A stretch of 63,718 bases of DNA, the filler included, from Octopus bimaculoides (lineage: Eukaryota): assembly GCF_001194135.2 (NCBI RefSeq). It is 5 parts of 4 records of this genome, joined end to end, with 100 filler letters (N's around TTAATTAATTAA, not from the genome) between each part and the next. Parts side by side here need not be neighbours in the genome. Positions count along the whole stretch, not along the records: positions 20,861 to 41,066 come from NC_068985.1; 4 more parts are not named here. The stretch is one strand, 5' to 3'. Numbering within the stretch: the stretch's first letter is position 1; each line of letters opens with the position of its first letter. Positions 25,986 through 38,544 of the stretch are shown piece by piece. A program made the position numbers and the translations under genes. The notes under the pieces are model-generated. The model saw only the letters and a list, made by a program, of their open reading frames with translations. It made no database searches and was not told the DNA's origin.

Positions 25986-27049
25986 CAAGGGGCTGCAAGA
26001 TGTGTAAGAACGTCGGACCGAATATGGTGCAGTATTTATTCCAGATTTTTCCTTCTGATTTAAAATGCCGCCATGACGTTTTTGGGTGGTAGATTTAACA
26101 TGACGCCTAGTTTAACATAACCACCTAACACTATAACTGCCACCGCTGTTGTATACATTGAAGCCAGTTATTTGCATTGAAAATAGCTTGCACTTTCTTC
26201 CCATTAGTTTCGGAGTCCCACACTTGTTGATTAAAAGATGAAAACAGAATAAAATGCGAAAAAATATACTAATGTATTTCACGTTTTTATGATACGAATA
26301 TAAATCCCTCTGCGTTTTATTTTGTTATTAAGCATTCGATAAAGTAAGTAGATCGCATTGTGCACACATTTGCAATAATTATTATCATTATAATATCGTC
26401 ATTATTATTCTACTTAATTGATATTATTGCAGCAGAGCATTATACAGATACAGGTGAAAGAAACGTAGCGTCCTTAGTGCAAATGTATTGCTTAAATATG
26501 AGTTAATTAGCCACCCCACTTTATAGGTCAGACCTACAGAATAACCTTTAACGTTACTGACTCTAGTTATTAGCGAATGATAAGGAACGAATAAGGGATG
26601 AAGAAACGAATTTTAAGTGAATAACTGGCGCTTACTAATATGTAAACTACAGTTGCGAGCAACGTTGTTATAGTTTCGCACCAAGTACGATCCAGCTCAT
26701 CCAGTTATATCATTTTACACAGAGTGTAGTTCTACCAGGAAAAATGCCGTTTGAGATATTTGAAAGATATTTAACACATGTTGAAAGCAATCCCAGATCT
26801 CAAGATAACAACTGATAAAGAAGTGGATTGTAATGTCTTATTATTATATCTGGATTACTTAGTTGTTGTTTAATGACAAGTGAACTTTGAATGATCAGAC
26901 GGAAACCAGTTGCAACCATTCTGTCTTTATTTCATGCAATATATCTGGGACTGTGTTGTTCAAAGTTCATTTTTCTGTCCTATGATGGTGGGATATGATT
27001 TTCAGACTTAGTTGCTACTTCTCGTAGTCATTCTATCTGCTAGAAATGA

Positions 27050-28300
27050 TAATCTGCTATAGGAAGCAGCTGCGATCGACAAATTTAATGTTCCACCTGA
27101 ACAGTTATCTGCCAACAGCTTTAACAAAGGCACTAGCAAAGAAAAATTACAATGGGCTGACAATCTTGAAAAAAATGGATTGAGTGGAATGAATAAAACG
27201 GACCCTGGTAGTGGGACGTCTGTGAATGTAAAGAAAAAGGGTGAATCGGGAATAGTTATATGAAAGTATTAGGTGACCAGCCAGCTCTGAAAAAAAGAGG
27301 TTACTGAAGTACAGAAGAAAAGGCAGAGAGAGAAAACAGGAAGTCTTTAGGCCAAAGGTTGGAACTTATTGGTGAGTTACTTCATAGCATTAAGGCGAAT
27401 AGCATTTATCATCATGTTATCTAAGATATTTGTTTAGTAACCCATTGTGGGGTTCACCTGAGATTTATACAGGGTTAGTTTATTTTCTATTATTTCACGA
27501 CTTTTTAATGCAATCTGTGATATAATGAATATCTGTGTTTGTCAAAAAAGTTTCTCAGTTGAAGTGAGGCCTAGCATTTGTAATTGTAACCTCAAGTTCA
27601 ATTTACGTGTTCTCTATATTTAAGAAAGGCGAGTATATAATAATTTATATATTTATATATATAAAATAGGGTTTGCAGTATTTGTTTTGTTGAAAGAGAA
27701 TGTTTTCGGACACTCTCTTCATGAAGTAATTACAGTAAGTTGAGGTCACATTCTGTATGGATAGAGCTTGAAAAGTTTAGGGGAGAATGAACGATATTTT
27801 TGTCTGCGTAAGAGTGCTGGTGGTTGTTGGAAGTGGTGTAAAATAAATAATTTATTTGGAGAGGTTCGGTAGGCAAAACTGAACCCTGGAGCACATCAGA
27901 GTTGAATGAGTGAAGGCCTAAGATAGCTCCGTTATTATATTCTATGATATTTCCACCAACTACAAGATAACACACTTAAGTTGCCAGAAATAGCAGCAGA
28001 CTGTCCATTGACCGTTTTGCCTTAAATTAAAGATACATTAAATTATGTGGTGTACACAGTACAACTTCCAGGAAAAAGACGGTATGGCTTCAGGTAAGTG
28101 TCTTCTTGAACAGTGGTCTGTTCTGTCAGTATCGAGTTGTGGTTAAAGAATAACAATAGCATCAACAACAACGCGAGACTGACAGAGACATCTGATGACA
28201 GACACTGACGAAACAATCGTTTCATTTCAAGTAATACAAATACAGGTCTCACCAAATTTCTCGAAGACTAAGGTTTTTGTGATGAGCAACATAGAACGGT
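27050..28300 (-). mobile_element. CR1/Jockey-group LINE RT and C-terminal relic
   Basis: SFNSDVLQGSVLP..HSYADKNIVHS resembles GVPQGSVL..HSYADDSTLHS. Downstream AIRL..LTNKFQPL..FSELAG. Many stops. Confidence 0.65.
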
Positions 28301-28435
28301 AGTTCTACATTAGAACTGAACTGAAAGTCAGGCTAAAAGTAAGGATTTAGACTAGTGATATTGTTCATGGTATGTAGATGGGTAGTATATCGCGAATTTT
28401 ACGCGCTACATATATTACTGATCATGTGTACTTAC

Positions 28436-28531
28436 CAAATTCTCGAGCAAGGTAGCGAGAAATAGACATACTCTGCGGGATTTGGTATCTACTGTCGACT
28501 TCAAGTATTGGCATCATACAGCAAGGCATCT
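28436..28531 (-). CDS. S-crystallin coding exon 2
   Basis: Acceptor tttatttattcaatccag|AG, donor TTTG|gtaagt. 96 nt, (K)[31 protein letters not shown](G), containing the GST cis-Pro and QS motif. Confidence 0.95.
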
Positions 28532-30450
28532 CTGGATTGAATAAATAAAACATTAAAGATGTATTGGCAAAACGTAAAAGCAATAACTTTGATAAAAAGA
28601 TGTTCATCGTCGAAGTAGTTAAAACGTCGATGATTTCCAAATAGTTTTAACCGAAGAGTTCCAAATCTCAGCTCAGTGATCGGTCAAGAGATGCATAATT
28701 TTTAAGCAACAGAAAAATAGGCAAATTTGACATGCTTGTATGTACACTGCATTGATTGATACATGCATACATACATGCATATATATNNNNNNNNNNNNNN
28801 NNNNNNNNNNNNNNNNNNNNNNNNNNNNNNNNNNNNNNNNNNNNNNNNNNNNNNNNNNNNNNNNNNNNNNNNNNNNNNNNNNNNNNNNNNNNNNNNNNNN
28901 NNNNNNNNNNNNNNNNNNNNNNNNNNNNNNNNNNNNNNNNNNNNNNNNNNNNNNNNNNNNNNNNNNNNNNNNNNNNNNNNNNNNNNNNNNNNNNNNNNNN
29001 NNNNNNNNNNNNNNNNNNNNNNNNNNNNNNNNNNNNNNNNNNNNNNNNNNNNNNNNNNNNNNNNNNNNNNNNNNNNNNNNNNNNNNNNNNNNNNNNNNNN
29101 NNNNNNNNNNNNNNNNNNNNNNNNNNNNNNNNNNNNNNNNNNNNNNNNNNNNNNNNNNNNNNNNNNNNNNNNNNNNNNNNNNNNNNNNNNNNNNNNNNNN
29201 NNNNNNNNNNNNNNNNNNNNNNNNNNNNNNNNNNNNNNNNNNNNNNNNNNNNNNNNNNNNNNNNNNNNNNNNNNNNNNNNNNNNNNNNNNNNNNNNNNNN
29301 NNNNNNNNNNNNNNNNNNNNNNNNNNNNNNNNNNNNNNNNNNNNNNNNNNNNNNNNNNNNNNNNNNNNNNNNNNNNNNNNNNNNNNNNNNNNNNNNNNNN
29401 NNNNNNNNNNNNNNNNNNNNNNNNNNNNNNNNNNNNNNNNNNNNNNNNNNNNNNNNNNNNNNNNNNNNNNNNNNNNNNNNNNNNNNNNNNNNNNNNNNNN
29501 NNNNNNNNNNNNNNNNNNNNNNNNNNNNNNNNNNNNNNNNNNNNNNNNNNNNNNNNNNNNNNNNNNNNNNNNNNNNNNNNNNNNNNNNNNNNNNNNNNNN
29601 NNNNNTATATATATATATATATGCGCGTGTGTGCTTGCATCAGACAATGTGTATATGGATATATATCTATGCAGGTATGAAATTATGTATGTATGTTTTA
29701 AGGCACTTCATCAGATGCTGCTTTTGTTGTGTAAATCTCCCTATTTCCCAATGCAGTCTTACCGGAAGATTCGCAGTGTCTTGTGTTTATGTGTCTAGTG
29801 CCAGTAATTACACTTTTGTTTTCCAGGTACTTTGAAGAATTTTCACATCTATCCACAGTCAATGATACAAATTTCAGATACAAAACCATATACCAACGCC
29901 TGCATATCACGCACACATACACACGCTTACGCCACACACACACATACTCACACTTACTCACCATGAAAATAGTTGCAGCATTTTAAACCTATTCTCGAAA
30001 AAAGCTGATTTGACGCAGCGCAATCCAATTACAGTAGGTGTTAGCAGTCTGTGGGTTTAAGGAGTGCATCACCTATATGCGTTGTCCCAACAGCCACAGG
30101 AGAAATCGTCGCCTGAAACTCCTCTGGAATTTTCATCTTTCACAATTAACGTAAAAATCCTACGTCAGAAGAGCCTTCCTTTGATAAGTGGACAGGCATT
30201 TTACACAGTATAATAGATATAGGAAATTATCTAAAAGTCGTAACATAAGTGCCCCGTGCTTCTTGCATCTAAAACTTTGTGAATAACTGCTTCATGTAGA
30301 TTTAACAGTAAGTACACATGGCCTAGCGGAGTCGGTGTAACCCGATAAAAACAAGGGAGTGACACACATAGAAATATGTTGGGGCTAAGGAGAGCTTAAT
30401 TCAGGCCAGTCTAAATATTCACAATTCCCTTTTTGTAATATATCTATCTA

Positions 30451-30491
<41 letters not shown>

Positions 30492-31082
30492 ATAAAAGAA
30501 AAGGCTGAAGAAATGCCGTTACAAAAACAACTGAAAAGTGCCTGGAACTGTCTGAGATATATCCGAGTGGTAGTAGACGCTGCTTAATTTGCATGCCAAG
30601 GAGCAATAACATTCTAAAATATACACCCGGTCCGCTACTTCCCTGAAATCAAACAGCAAAACATTTATTTGCTGCCCTCATGAGATAAAGTTCATTTTGG
30701 AACTTGGTTGTCTTCTTTTTCTAACTGGAGAACTGAAAGCATGCACATACGCACAGCCGAGACTTCAGCCACACATGACATCGGTCAATAAAAGACAGTA
30801 CTTTATTCCTTGAGGGAAAATATAACTTTTCAACACTTATTCATTGTGGTACATTTTTATCGAACGAACGCGAACTATATATTTAGCGCTAACATAAAAT
30901 ATACTATTCGTTACTTGTCAGCATGTCTGAAGAATCATCAACAATTCCAAGTAGAACTGTCGGCGAAAAAACATCCTTAACATTCTGATTCCTTATATGT
31001 CACAACCGGGAATATACCGGCAGTATACATATGAACACAAACGCGCTCGCACACATGTATATTTATGTGTGTGCTTGTGTGC

Positions 31083-31114
<32 letters not shown>

Positions 31115-31204
31115 CAGAGAGAGAGACAGAGAGAGAGAGATAACATAAATGTGTATACACACAATGTATGTATGTGTGTATGTATGTATGTATGTATCTA
31201 TATT

Positions 31205-31450
31205 TATCGGCTCGTATTGAAACCACGTTGCTTCAATTTCAGTCACACTGCGTGGCACCTTGAGTTAGTAAAGCCCCGGGCAGACCAATGCCTTTTGCGA
31301 GAATATATATGATGAGTCTGTGTGCATTCCCATCACTTGTGAGACTATGTTGGTTTGTTTACGTCCCCGTTAACTAGCATCTCGGCAGCAAAAGGCCTAG
31401 AGAATAGGTTTGAAACTTCAAGACAATGAATACTCAAGACGGATTGTTCG
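31205..31450 (+). mobile_element. SINE family A, diverged, in intron 1
   Basis: cactgcgtggcacctt..gaccaatgcctt..gtttacgtccccgttaactagc..gaatagg. Confidence 0.6.
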
Positions 31451-31538
31451 ACTGATTCAAGGTGATGCATAAGCACGACAGCAGTGGAATGAACGAAAGA
31501 TGTAGAAGAATAAAATAATACATAATTTATGCACTTAC

Positions 31539-31671
31539 TGCTTCGCATATCCTTCCATACTGAGCCTTCAATCCTGCGGTCATTGTATTGGACACCAGCA
31601 GCTGCAAACAGCATACGGCAGATCTCAGCACGGCCACGATGGTTGAAATAGTGGAGAGTATAGGACGGCAT
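31539..31671 (-). CDS. S-crystallin coding exon 1
   Basis: [44 protein letters not shown], the characteristic octopus S-crystallin N-terminus. Donor AGCA|gtaagt; 133 nt, phase 1. Confidence 0.97.
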
Positions 31672-31839
31672 ACTTGGAATATATGTCAGTGATGTTATCT
31701 TTGAAGTTGCAGGCAGTTTTAACTTGGTTCGCTTTTGTAGTCTTGCTGTTGTTTTCCTATAGAGTGTTGATGTTTATCAATTACTAATATCAGGAACCCT
31801 GGAGATCTGGTGAAATCAAGTTTCTCTACTCGGTGAAAA

Positions 31840-31883
31840 TGTGAATTCTTCTTCTGTGCATTTATATATTTATATGAACGTCA
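31840..31883 (-). promoter_or_regulatory. Candidate S-crystallin core promoter (TGACG, tandem TATA, Inr-like)
   Basis: Minus strand TGACGTT-CATATAAATATATAAA (31883-31861), with TTCACATT about 30 nt downstream; implies a ~170-nt 5' UTR. Confidence 0.35.
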
Positions 31884-31997
31884 AAATGAGCATTACACAT
31901 GTATTTCTTGACAAAAGAATGCCCCCACCCCGCCTAGCTTCACTTTATTCTTCTTTACTATTCTTCTACTCCTAAAATTTTCCTTGTATTATAGTTA

Positions 31998-32007
31998 GCA
32001 ATGTCAT
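31998..32007 (-). promoter_or_regulatory. ARE-consensus site upstream of S-crystallin
   Basis: Minus strand ATGACATTGC = RTGACnnnGC, ~330 nt upstream of the ATG. Confidence 0.35.
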
Positions 32008-32176
32008 TAAATGTACTGGTTGACTGCTTTGTACCTGGATCGTCATTTAATTGGAGGTATTCTTAGTGAAAAAAAATTAAATTAACAAAACCTAATCAGA
32101 AAATAAATGCAAGAAAAAGAAATTAGAAAACAAATTTATATATATGTACATATATATCCATGTATATATATATATG

Positions 32177-32207
<31 letters not shown>

Positions 32208-32371
32208 ACACACTCATACGCACACACACACACACATATATATAAATACGTATGAACGTATGTACGTATGTGGGTATGTATGCATGTATGTATGTATTTT
32301 ATGTTTTATATAATTTTATAGATATATGTGGATATATCTATATTATGAATGTGTGTATGTATGTATGTATG

Positions 32372-32448
<77 letters not shown>

Positions 32449-33399
32449 GTGTGGCGTGAGTGTGTGTATGCGCGTGTGTTTGTTTTTGTGTACGTATATT
32501 AATTGAATGTTAGAAATAAAATAATCTGTATTTAAAAAGCAATTTTCTAATTTCACGGTTTGGCCATAGTAAATATCATCTCACACGAAAAGATTGCCAA
32601 AAGAAGGCTTCAATAGCTTTGTTATAATTTTGGCACTCGACACTTATTCTTAACGAAACGCACGTTGGGTTATACAAAGGAAAAGAATATCTTTAAAGCT
32701 GGCATAAGGAAAACCAAATTATATCAATAATTTATAGAAAGGTAAAAGAAAAAGCCTTGGACAAAACAAAAAGAATATTTTATTAAATAGTTGTAACGCT
32801 GTGATTATCTTTTGTTTTGAGCTACCTTTCTTAACGATAATAGTAAATGGTTAGTCACAAGCAATATCACGTGATAGCCTTAGCATCTATCGCGCTTTCA
32901 CTTATTATTATGGATGCTTATATAGTCGAGAGGACGTATACAATAGGTTCCGTCAGGCCTGCCCTAACGGAATATTGAGGATTTGAGTGCTGGAGGGTAG
33001 AGAGAGAGAATATGTGAGAGAGTGACTGAGTTGTACCAGACTGATTTTTAGCTGAGCAGATTATAGTAACTTGAAACAATGTCTTGCCCAGGGGATAGGA
33101 ATCAAGATCATGAGCTCAAAATTATGAGCGTAGCATCTTAACCATTGCACCACGTTCCATCAATAGAATAGTGGAGGAGAAGATAAAGAACATATAACAT
33201 ATTAAGATCTGTGACAATGACGTTAAGAGTTACGTAACATCTGGTGCGTGGATGGCTGTGTATGATTTATAATGCACTGACATATTCTAAGGCCATGGCA
33301 TCTTCAGTGCTTTTTCAATGGCCAGCAGATGTGGTCACAGCAATCATTTTAATAAAACACTGTTGTCCACTTGCTTGAAAAAGCCCCTCCCCAAAAAAT

Positions 33400-33935
33400 A
33401 CGTAATTCTGATAACGAATTCTAGTGTACAGGATGTACTAGTTAGCAGCCTAGAAGAAACGGCGAGAACAGCCCTTCTGCGATTCTTCAACGTTATACAT
33501 GAAGAATACATTGTCTGAGCTCGGGCGGGCTCTTGCTGTAAGATATGGTGGAACGAAAGCTATTCGATGGGTCCTGATGACATCAGTGCAACGCGGCAAC
33601 AGATTCACCAATCTTTTGGGGGTATTTTGTCGATCAGGCTGGGTGCGTGCTGCACAATTCCAAGTAGATGCTGCTTTTTAGTACTATTTAACTCAACTGT
33701 ATGGGATGGATTTTCTACCTACATTGGTGGCCTGACAAGACCCTCAAATGGGAATACGAAGTTCTGCGAAAAGCTGATAACATCTGACGAAATCCTGGAA
33801 CCGATGACAAGTTGGAGGATGAAATCTCCGGAGCTGGATGGTCTGCCCTAAATACTTTATCGTCATGTACTACACTTGTTATGAGGCCGCTTGTCACATG
33901 TGTAATGTACTGGCAGCCGAACATAGTCGTTAGCA
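33400..33935 (+). mobile_element. Tx1/L1-clade LINE relic (region just upstream of RT)
   Basis: GGLTRPS..KFCEKLITSDEILEPM..KSPELDGLP resembles LPRLS..CEGPIT..EV..KSPGLDGLP. Confidence 0.65.
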
Positions 33936-33949
33936 TTTTAACTTAAGCA

Positions 33950-34150
33950 GCGAGCTGGCAGAATTGTTAGCATCCCGGGTAAAATGCTTCGCGGAATTTC
34001 GTCTATATTTACGTTCTAAGTTCAAATTCCGTTGAGCTCGATTGTGCCTTTATTCGGGGTCGAAAACATAAGTACCAGTTGAGCACTGGGTCGACGAAAT
34101 CGACTTACCCCTTGTGCTGAGATTGCTGACCTTGTGCCAAAATTTGAAAC
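33950..34150 (+). mobile_element. SINE family D (Nin-domain-like), full length
   Basis: gcgagctggcagaattgttagca (A box), agttcaaattcc (B box), ggggtcga..aagtaccag..ctgggtcgacgaaatcgact. Confidence 0.8.
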
Positions 34151-34464
34151 CATACACATGTGTTGCTGTTGTTCCTGCTGTTACTGTCGTCCTTATCTTT
34201 ACAGTATTTCTTCTGCTACTTTAAATGACTGTCATATTCATACTGTCTATACGCTCGATGGGGGTTTTTTTTTCCCATAGCCCGTAACATGTTAACCTTT
34301 CATTCAATATTATAAAAATAAGACATATTAATCAATATTTACAATAGGAACAACTACAATAGCAATGACAGTAATTACATATGAATTAGCAATGGTCTAT
34401 CAGGGACGGATATGGCAGAAACTTCACACATGAGACACTACTTGGTGTTCCTCTATATTTGTTT

Positions 34465-35800
34465 ATCGTCGTCGTGGCTATCCTCCAAGGTCGTGGATGA
34501 TGATTTTTATTATTTTAACATTATTTATGAATATTGAAGTGACTTGTGAGTCCAATTCCTTCTTGGGAGCTCCTTCCACAAGTGGTAAAGGAGGCTCTGG
34601 ATGGAAGGTCCCTTGGTCTATCTTTTATGCGCCCCTTCTTTTCTTCTTGCTCGGCAATTTTACTGGTCTAAAAAGTTGTTACTCCTTGTTTGATGATGGA
34701 ATTCAGGCATTCTCGATCCTGAGTATTTCTCTCCCATTTCTCAGTATCGATATCACATTTCTTGAAATTGGCATTCAGGACACCTTTGAATCTTTTCATT
34801 TGCCCTCCACTTCTTTTAGCTCTGAGTAGAGAAGCTGCTTAGGAAGGCGGTTGTTTTTCATCCGGACAACGTGACCAATCTATCTCTCTGTTGTTTCTGC
34901 ATGATGATAGCTTCAATGAAGGTCATGTTGGCTTCTTCCAACACGCTGATGTTTGTCCTTCTTTCTTCGCAACAGATGTTGAAAATACTTAGACGACAGA
35001 GTTGGTGGTACCTTTCGACAACTTTTAAAGGTCTCCTGTACGTAGTCCATATGTTGGATGCGTACATGAGCGTGAGAATGCCCATTGCTTTGTATAGCAT
35101 TATTTTTCTGTCAGATAGAATGTCCCAATCCTGGAAAATTGTTGTTTGGGGACGGCCAAGGCAGCAATGACACTCTTGAGAATGATGCTGGATGTTGGCA
35201 TCGATGTCAGCGTTAGGAGAGACGACTTCCAAGATAGGAAAATTATTCACGCTCTCCTGGACTGCGTTCTCGATTCCAGTGGCTGCTTGCGCCCTGTTTG
35301 CCTCGAGTAGTGATGATTGGAAGACGACTTGTATCTTTTTTCCAGTTGATGGTGAGTCCTAGGTCTTTGTAACCTTGTTGGAAGTCATTGAGAATTTATT
35401 ACACATTTTCTTCGGATAGTTGTCGACAGCATATTGAATCTCGACGAAGGTGCTCTTAGTTTTTGGACCTCAATCAGGTAAAATTGATAAACTTCCACCG
35501 GTTCGATAAATAATTTCAGTTCCTGATAGGAGATCACCATTGATGATTTCAGTGATGGAGGCAATAAAGACGGTGGAAATTGTGGGAACTATGACGTATC
35601 ATATTTTCACTCGTGATTTTACTGGAAATGGTTGAATGTTATTTTTGTTGATTAGCATATGGCTCGCATGTTGTCATAGTGAAGCCGAAGAATCAGAATG
35701 TATTTCTCTAGCCTTCAGTAGATGGATAAGATGTCTGCCAGGAGTTCTCTCGAAACTGAATCAAACGCCTCAGAACGATTAATAAATACCATGACAAAGG
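34465..35800 (-). mobile_element. RTE-BovB-type LINE, 5'-truncated and degenerate
   Basis: FINRSEAFDSVSRE (RT); IMLYKAMGILTLMYASNIWTTYRRPLKVVERYHQLC..RRTNISVLEEAN; C-terminal CGR..IGL.SH; (GAC)n tail. Confidence 0.85.
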
Positions 35801-36245
35801 TTGATGGTATTCCTCTTGCAGTTGTCGCATGGCGAAAATAATATCAGCCATTTTGCATAATGCTTTGAATCCAGCTTTAAATATTTGATTAAGATACTTG
35901 TTTATTATCCATTAGTGAAAATTTAGTACAGTTTACTTCAACATCATATCGTAAGGTTTCACGTATTTCACTATCTCTTGTCAAAAAAGAATTGCTTTTG
36001 TTAATGGTATAAACTGACATAAGAATTGATACTATTAAACATGTAATAGATAAAAGTTTTCCAGAGAATAATCTAAAGTTAATTCGAATGAATTACAGTT
36101 GAATTTATACAATAACTGGGAGTCTAAAAAAAAAAAAAATACAGGGCTTATTATGTAAGCAAAGGTTTATTTTAGAGTCACGTAAATAACGAAAACAGAA
36201 AAAAAAAATATTGCAGAGTAACTTAATATAACATATATACATATA

Positions 36246-37121
36246 CTAGCTGACGTACCCGGTAATTCCCGGAAAAGTGGGGCTCATCCCTTGGTTCCGT
36301 TCTCATATTTGTTTCGCTAATCCAATAACAACAATACAAAGTATGTAGCCCTTAAAACGGTTTTTGTACATTTACAGTGAATACCGAACTGTCTTTCACA
36401 GGATCTTGTTTTTAGGAATTCTCAATAAGTTATGAATACTTAAATTGTGAAGTCAGTTATGTAATAACCAAATGTGGAATCGCCTTGACCTCCCATAGCT
36501 TACACTCGCGTATCCAGGTCAAGTAATGCCTCACTATAAATGGCGTTATTGAAATGTGGCTGTTTCCGCCGGGGTTTGCAAATGAAAACTTTCTAGATGT
36601 TCTCTGCCATGATGGTTTGTGGATCGCCTAGACCTTGCGAGGTTCACGCAAGCCAGATGTCATCAACGTGATAGAAAATAACTGGCGTAGATGACTTAGT
36701 GGTGTTCTGACTGCTGCCACCTCCAGTGTCTGATCCCAGTGAGCATCGTCCTCTAGTACTACATGTTTGGTGTAGGCTTCCCTATAGATCGTGCAGACTT
36801 CCCACTGTGTCTTCGAAAGAGTGTGAATGATGTAGAACTTCTGACAGTGTGTAGCAGTAGATGCAGAAAGAAGCACTCCTGCTGATAAGGGTGCGCATTG
36901 TATACCCACCCAATGGCCCCTCTTCTTCGGTTGGGTATACGACACTTTTTTTCTGCCAATACTTTCTTCTGCAAAATAGGGGTAGCTTATCCTGTTCAGG
37001 TCATATTATTAGCATTATCCTGCGTTTGAGAATTCAAAAATGACTTCTTTAACTTTCTTAGATATCTCGACGGTTCTCAAGCAAACTTCGTTTGTTTGTT
37101 TACGTTCATTGTAATTTGAAT

Positions 37122-37130
<9 letters not shown>
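36246..37130 (-). mobile_element. Internally deleted Helitron with a Rep-region fragment
   Basis: GWVYNAHPYQQECFFLHLLLHTVR and YREA..LEDDAHWDQTLEVAAV..LRQLFSI (Helitron RepHel). 3' end ccgggaattaccggg..CTAG|T at 36249-36246. The 5' end is approximate. Confidence 0.8.
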
Positions 37131-37159
<29 letters not shown>

Positions 37160-37160
37160 G

Positions 37161-37227
<67 letters not shown>

Positions 37228-38273
37228 TTATTTATTTATATATATACATGAATATACATAATAATACTATGCATTATGCAGGAAATACAATACTGCAGAA
37301 CTAGTTATAACATAACGCCAAACCCAAAGCAAGTAACCTACTTCCAGAGCAAATATAAGCATTCAAATCTGGCATTTTATAAAAAAAATGAATTAATTTT
37401 ACGGAACCTGCACTTTAAGTGCTAGAAGGAACAGATTTCGTTGAATATATTTTGAAAAGTGTNNNNNNNNNNNNNNNNNNNNNNNNNNNNNNNNNNNNNN
37501 NNNNNNNNNNNNNNNNNNNNNNNNNNNNNNNNNNNNNNNNNNNNNNNNNNNNNNNNNNNNNNNNNNNNNNNNNNNNNNNNNNNNNNNNNNNNNNNNNNNN
37601 NNNNNNNNNNNNNNNNNNNNNNNNNNNNNNNNNNNNNNNNNNNNNNNNNNNNNNNNNNNNNNNNNNNNNNNNNNNNNNNNNNNNNNNNNNNNNNNNNNNN
37701 NNNNNNNNNNNNNNNNNNNNNNNNNNNNNNNNNNNNNNNNNNNNNNNNNNNNNNNNNNNNNNNNNNNNNNNNNNNNNNNNNNNNNNNNNNNNNNNNNNNN
37801 NNNNNNNNNNNNNNNNNNNNNNNNNNNNNNNNNNNNNNNNNNNNNNNNNNNNNNNNNNNNNNNNNNNNNNNNNNNNNNNNNNNNNNNNNNNNNNNNNNNN
37901 NNNNNNNNNNNNNNNNNNNNNNNNNNNNNNNNNNNNNNNNNNNNNNNNNNNNNNNNNNNNNNNNNNNNNNNNNNNNNNNNNNNNNNNNNNNNNNNNNNNN
38001 NNNNNNNNNNNNNNNNNNNNNNNNNNNNNNNNNNNNNNNNNNNNNNNNNNNNNNNNNNNNNNNNNNNNNNNNNNNNNNNNNNNNNNNNNNNNNNNNNNNN
38101 NNNNNNNNNNNNNNNNNNNNNNNNNNNNNNNNNNNNNNNNNNNNNNNNNNNNNNNNNNNNNNNNNNNNNNNNNNNNNNNNNNNNNNNNNNNNNNNNNNNN
38201 NNNNNNNNNNNNNNNNNNNNNNNNNNNNNNNNNNNNNNNNNNNNNNNNNNNNNNNNNNNNNNNNNNNNNNNNN

Positions 38274-38510
38274 GTTTGTAGACCTTTCAAACGCGTCCAC
38301 CACACGCATTCTTTTGCCATAGCTATCAGTGTTACAAAAACCGTTTTTCCTTCCCGTTTAAAGGAAGGTGGCGGAACAATATTCACGATAGACTCGGCTG
38401 ATAAGTGGGCTCGTCCCACACGCGACAACAGCCGTTCGACGAAGGTCCACAGCTCTGAAATATCTGGACACTGCACGAGTGCGTGCAGAACGGTTTCGTC
38501 GCTCTTAAAT
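38274..38510 (-). mobile_element. Tx1/L1-clade LINE C-terminal (CCHC-region) fragment
   Basis: DETVLHALVQCPDISELWTFVERLLSRVG..AKECVWWTRLKGL; cut by an N gap. Confidence 0.7.
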
Positions 38511-38512
38511 AA

Positions 38513-38544
<32 letters not shown>

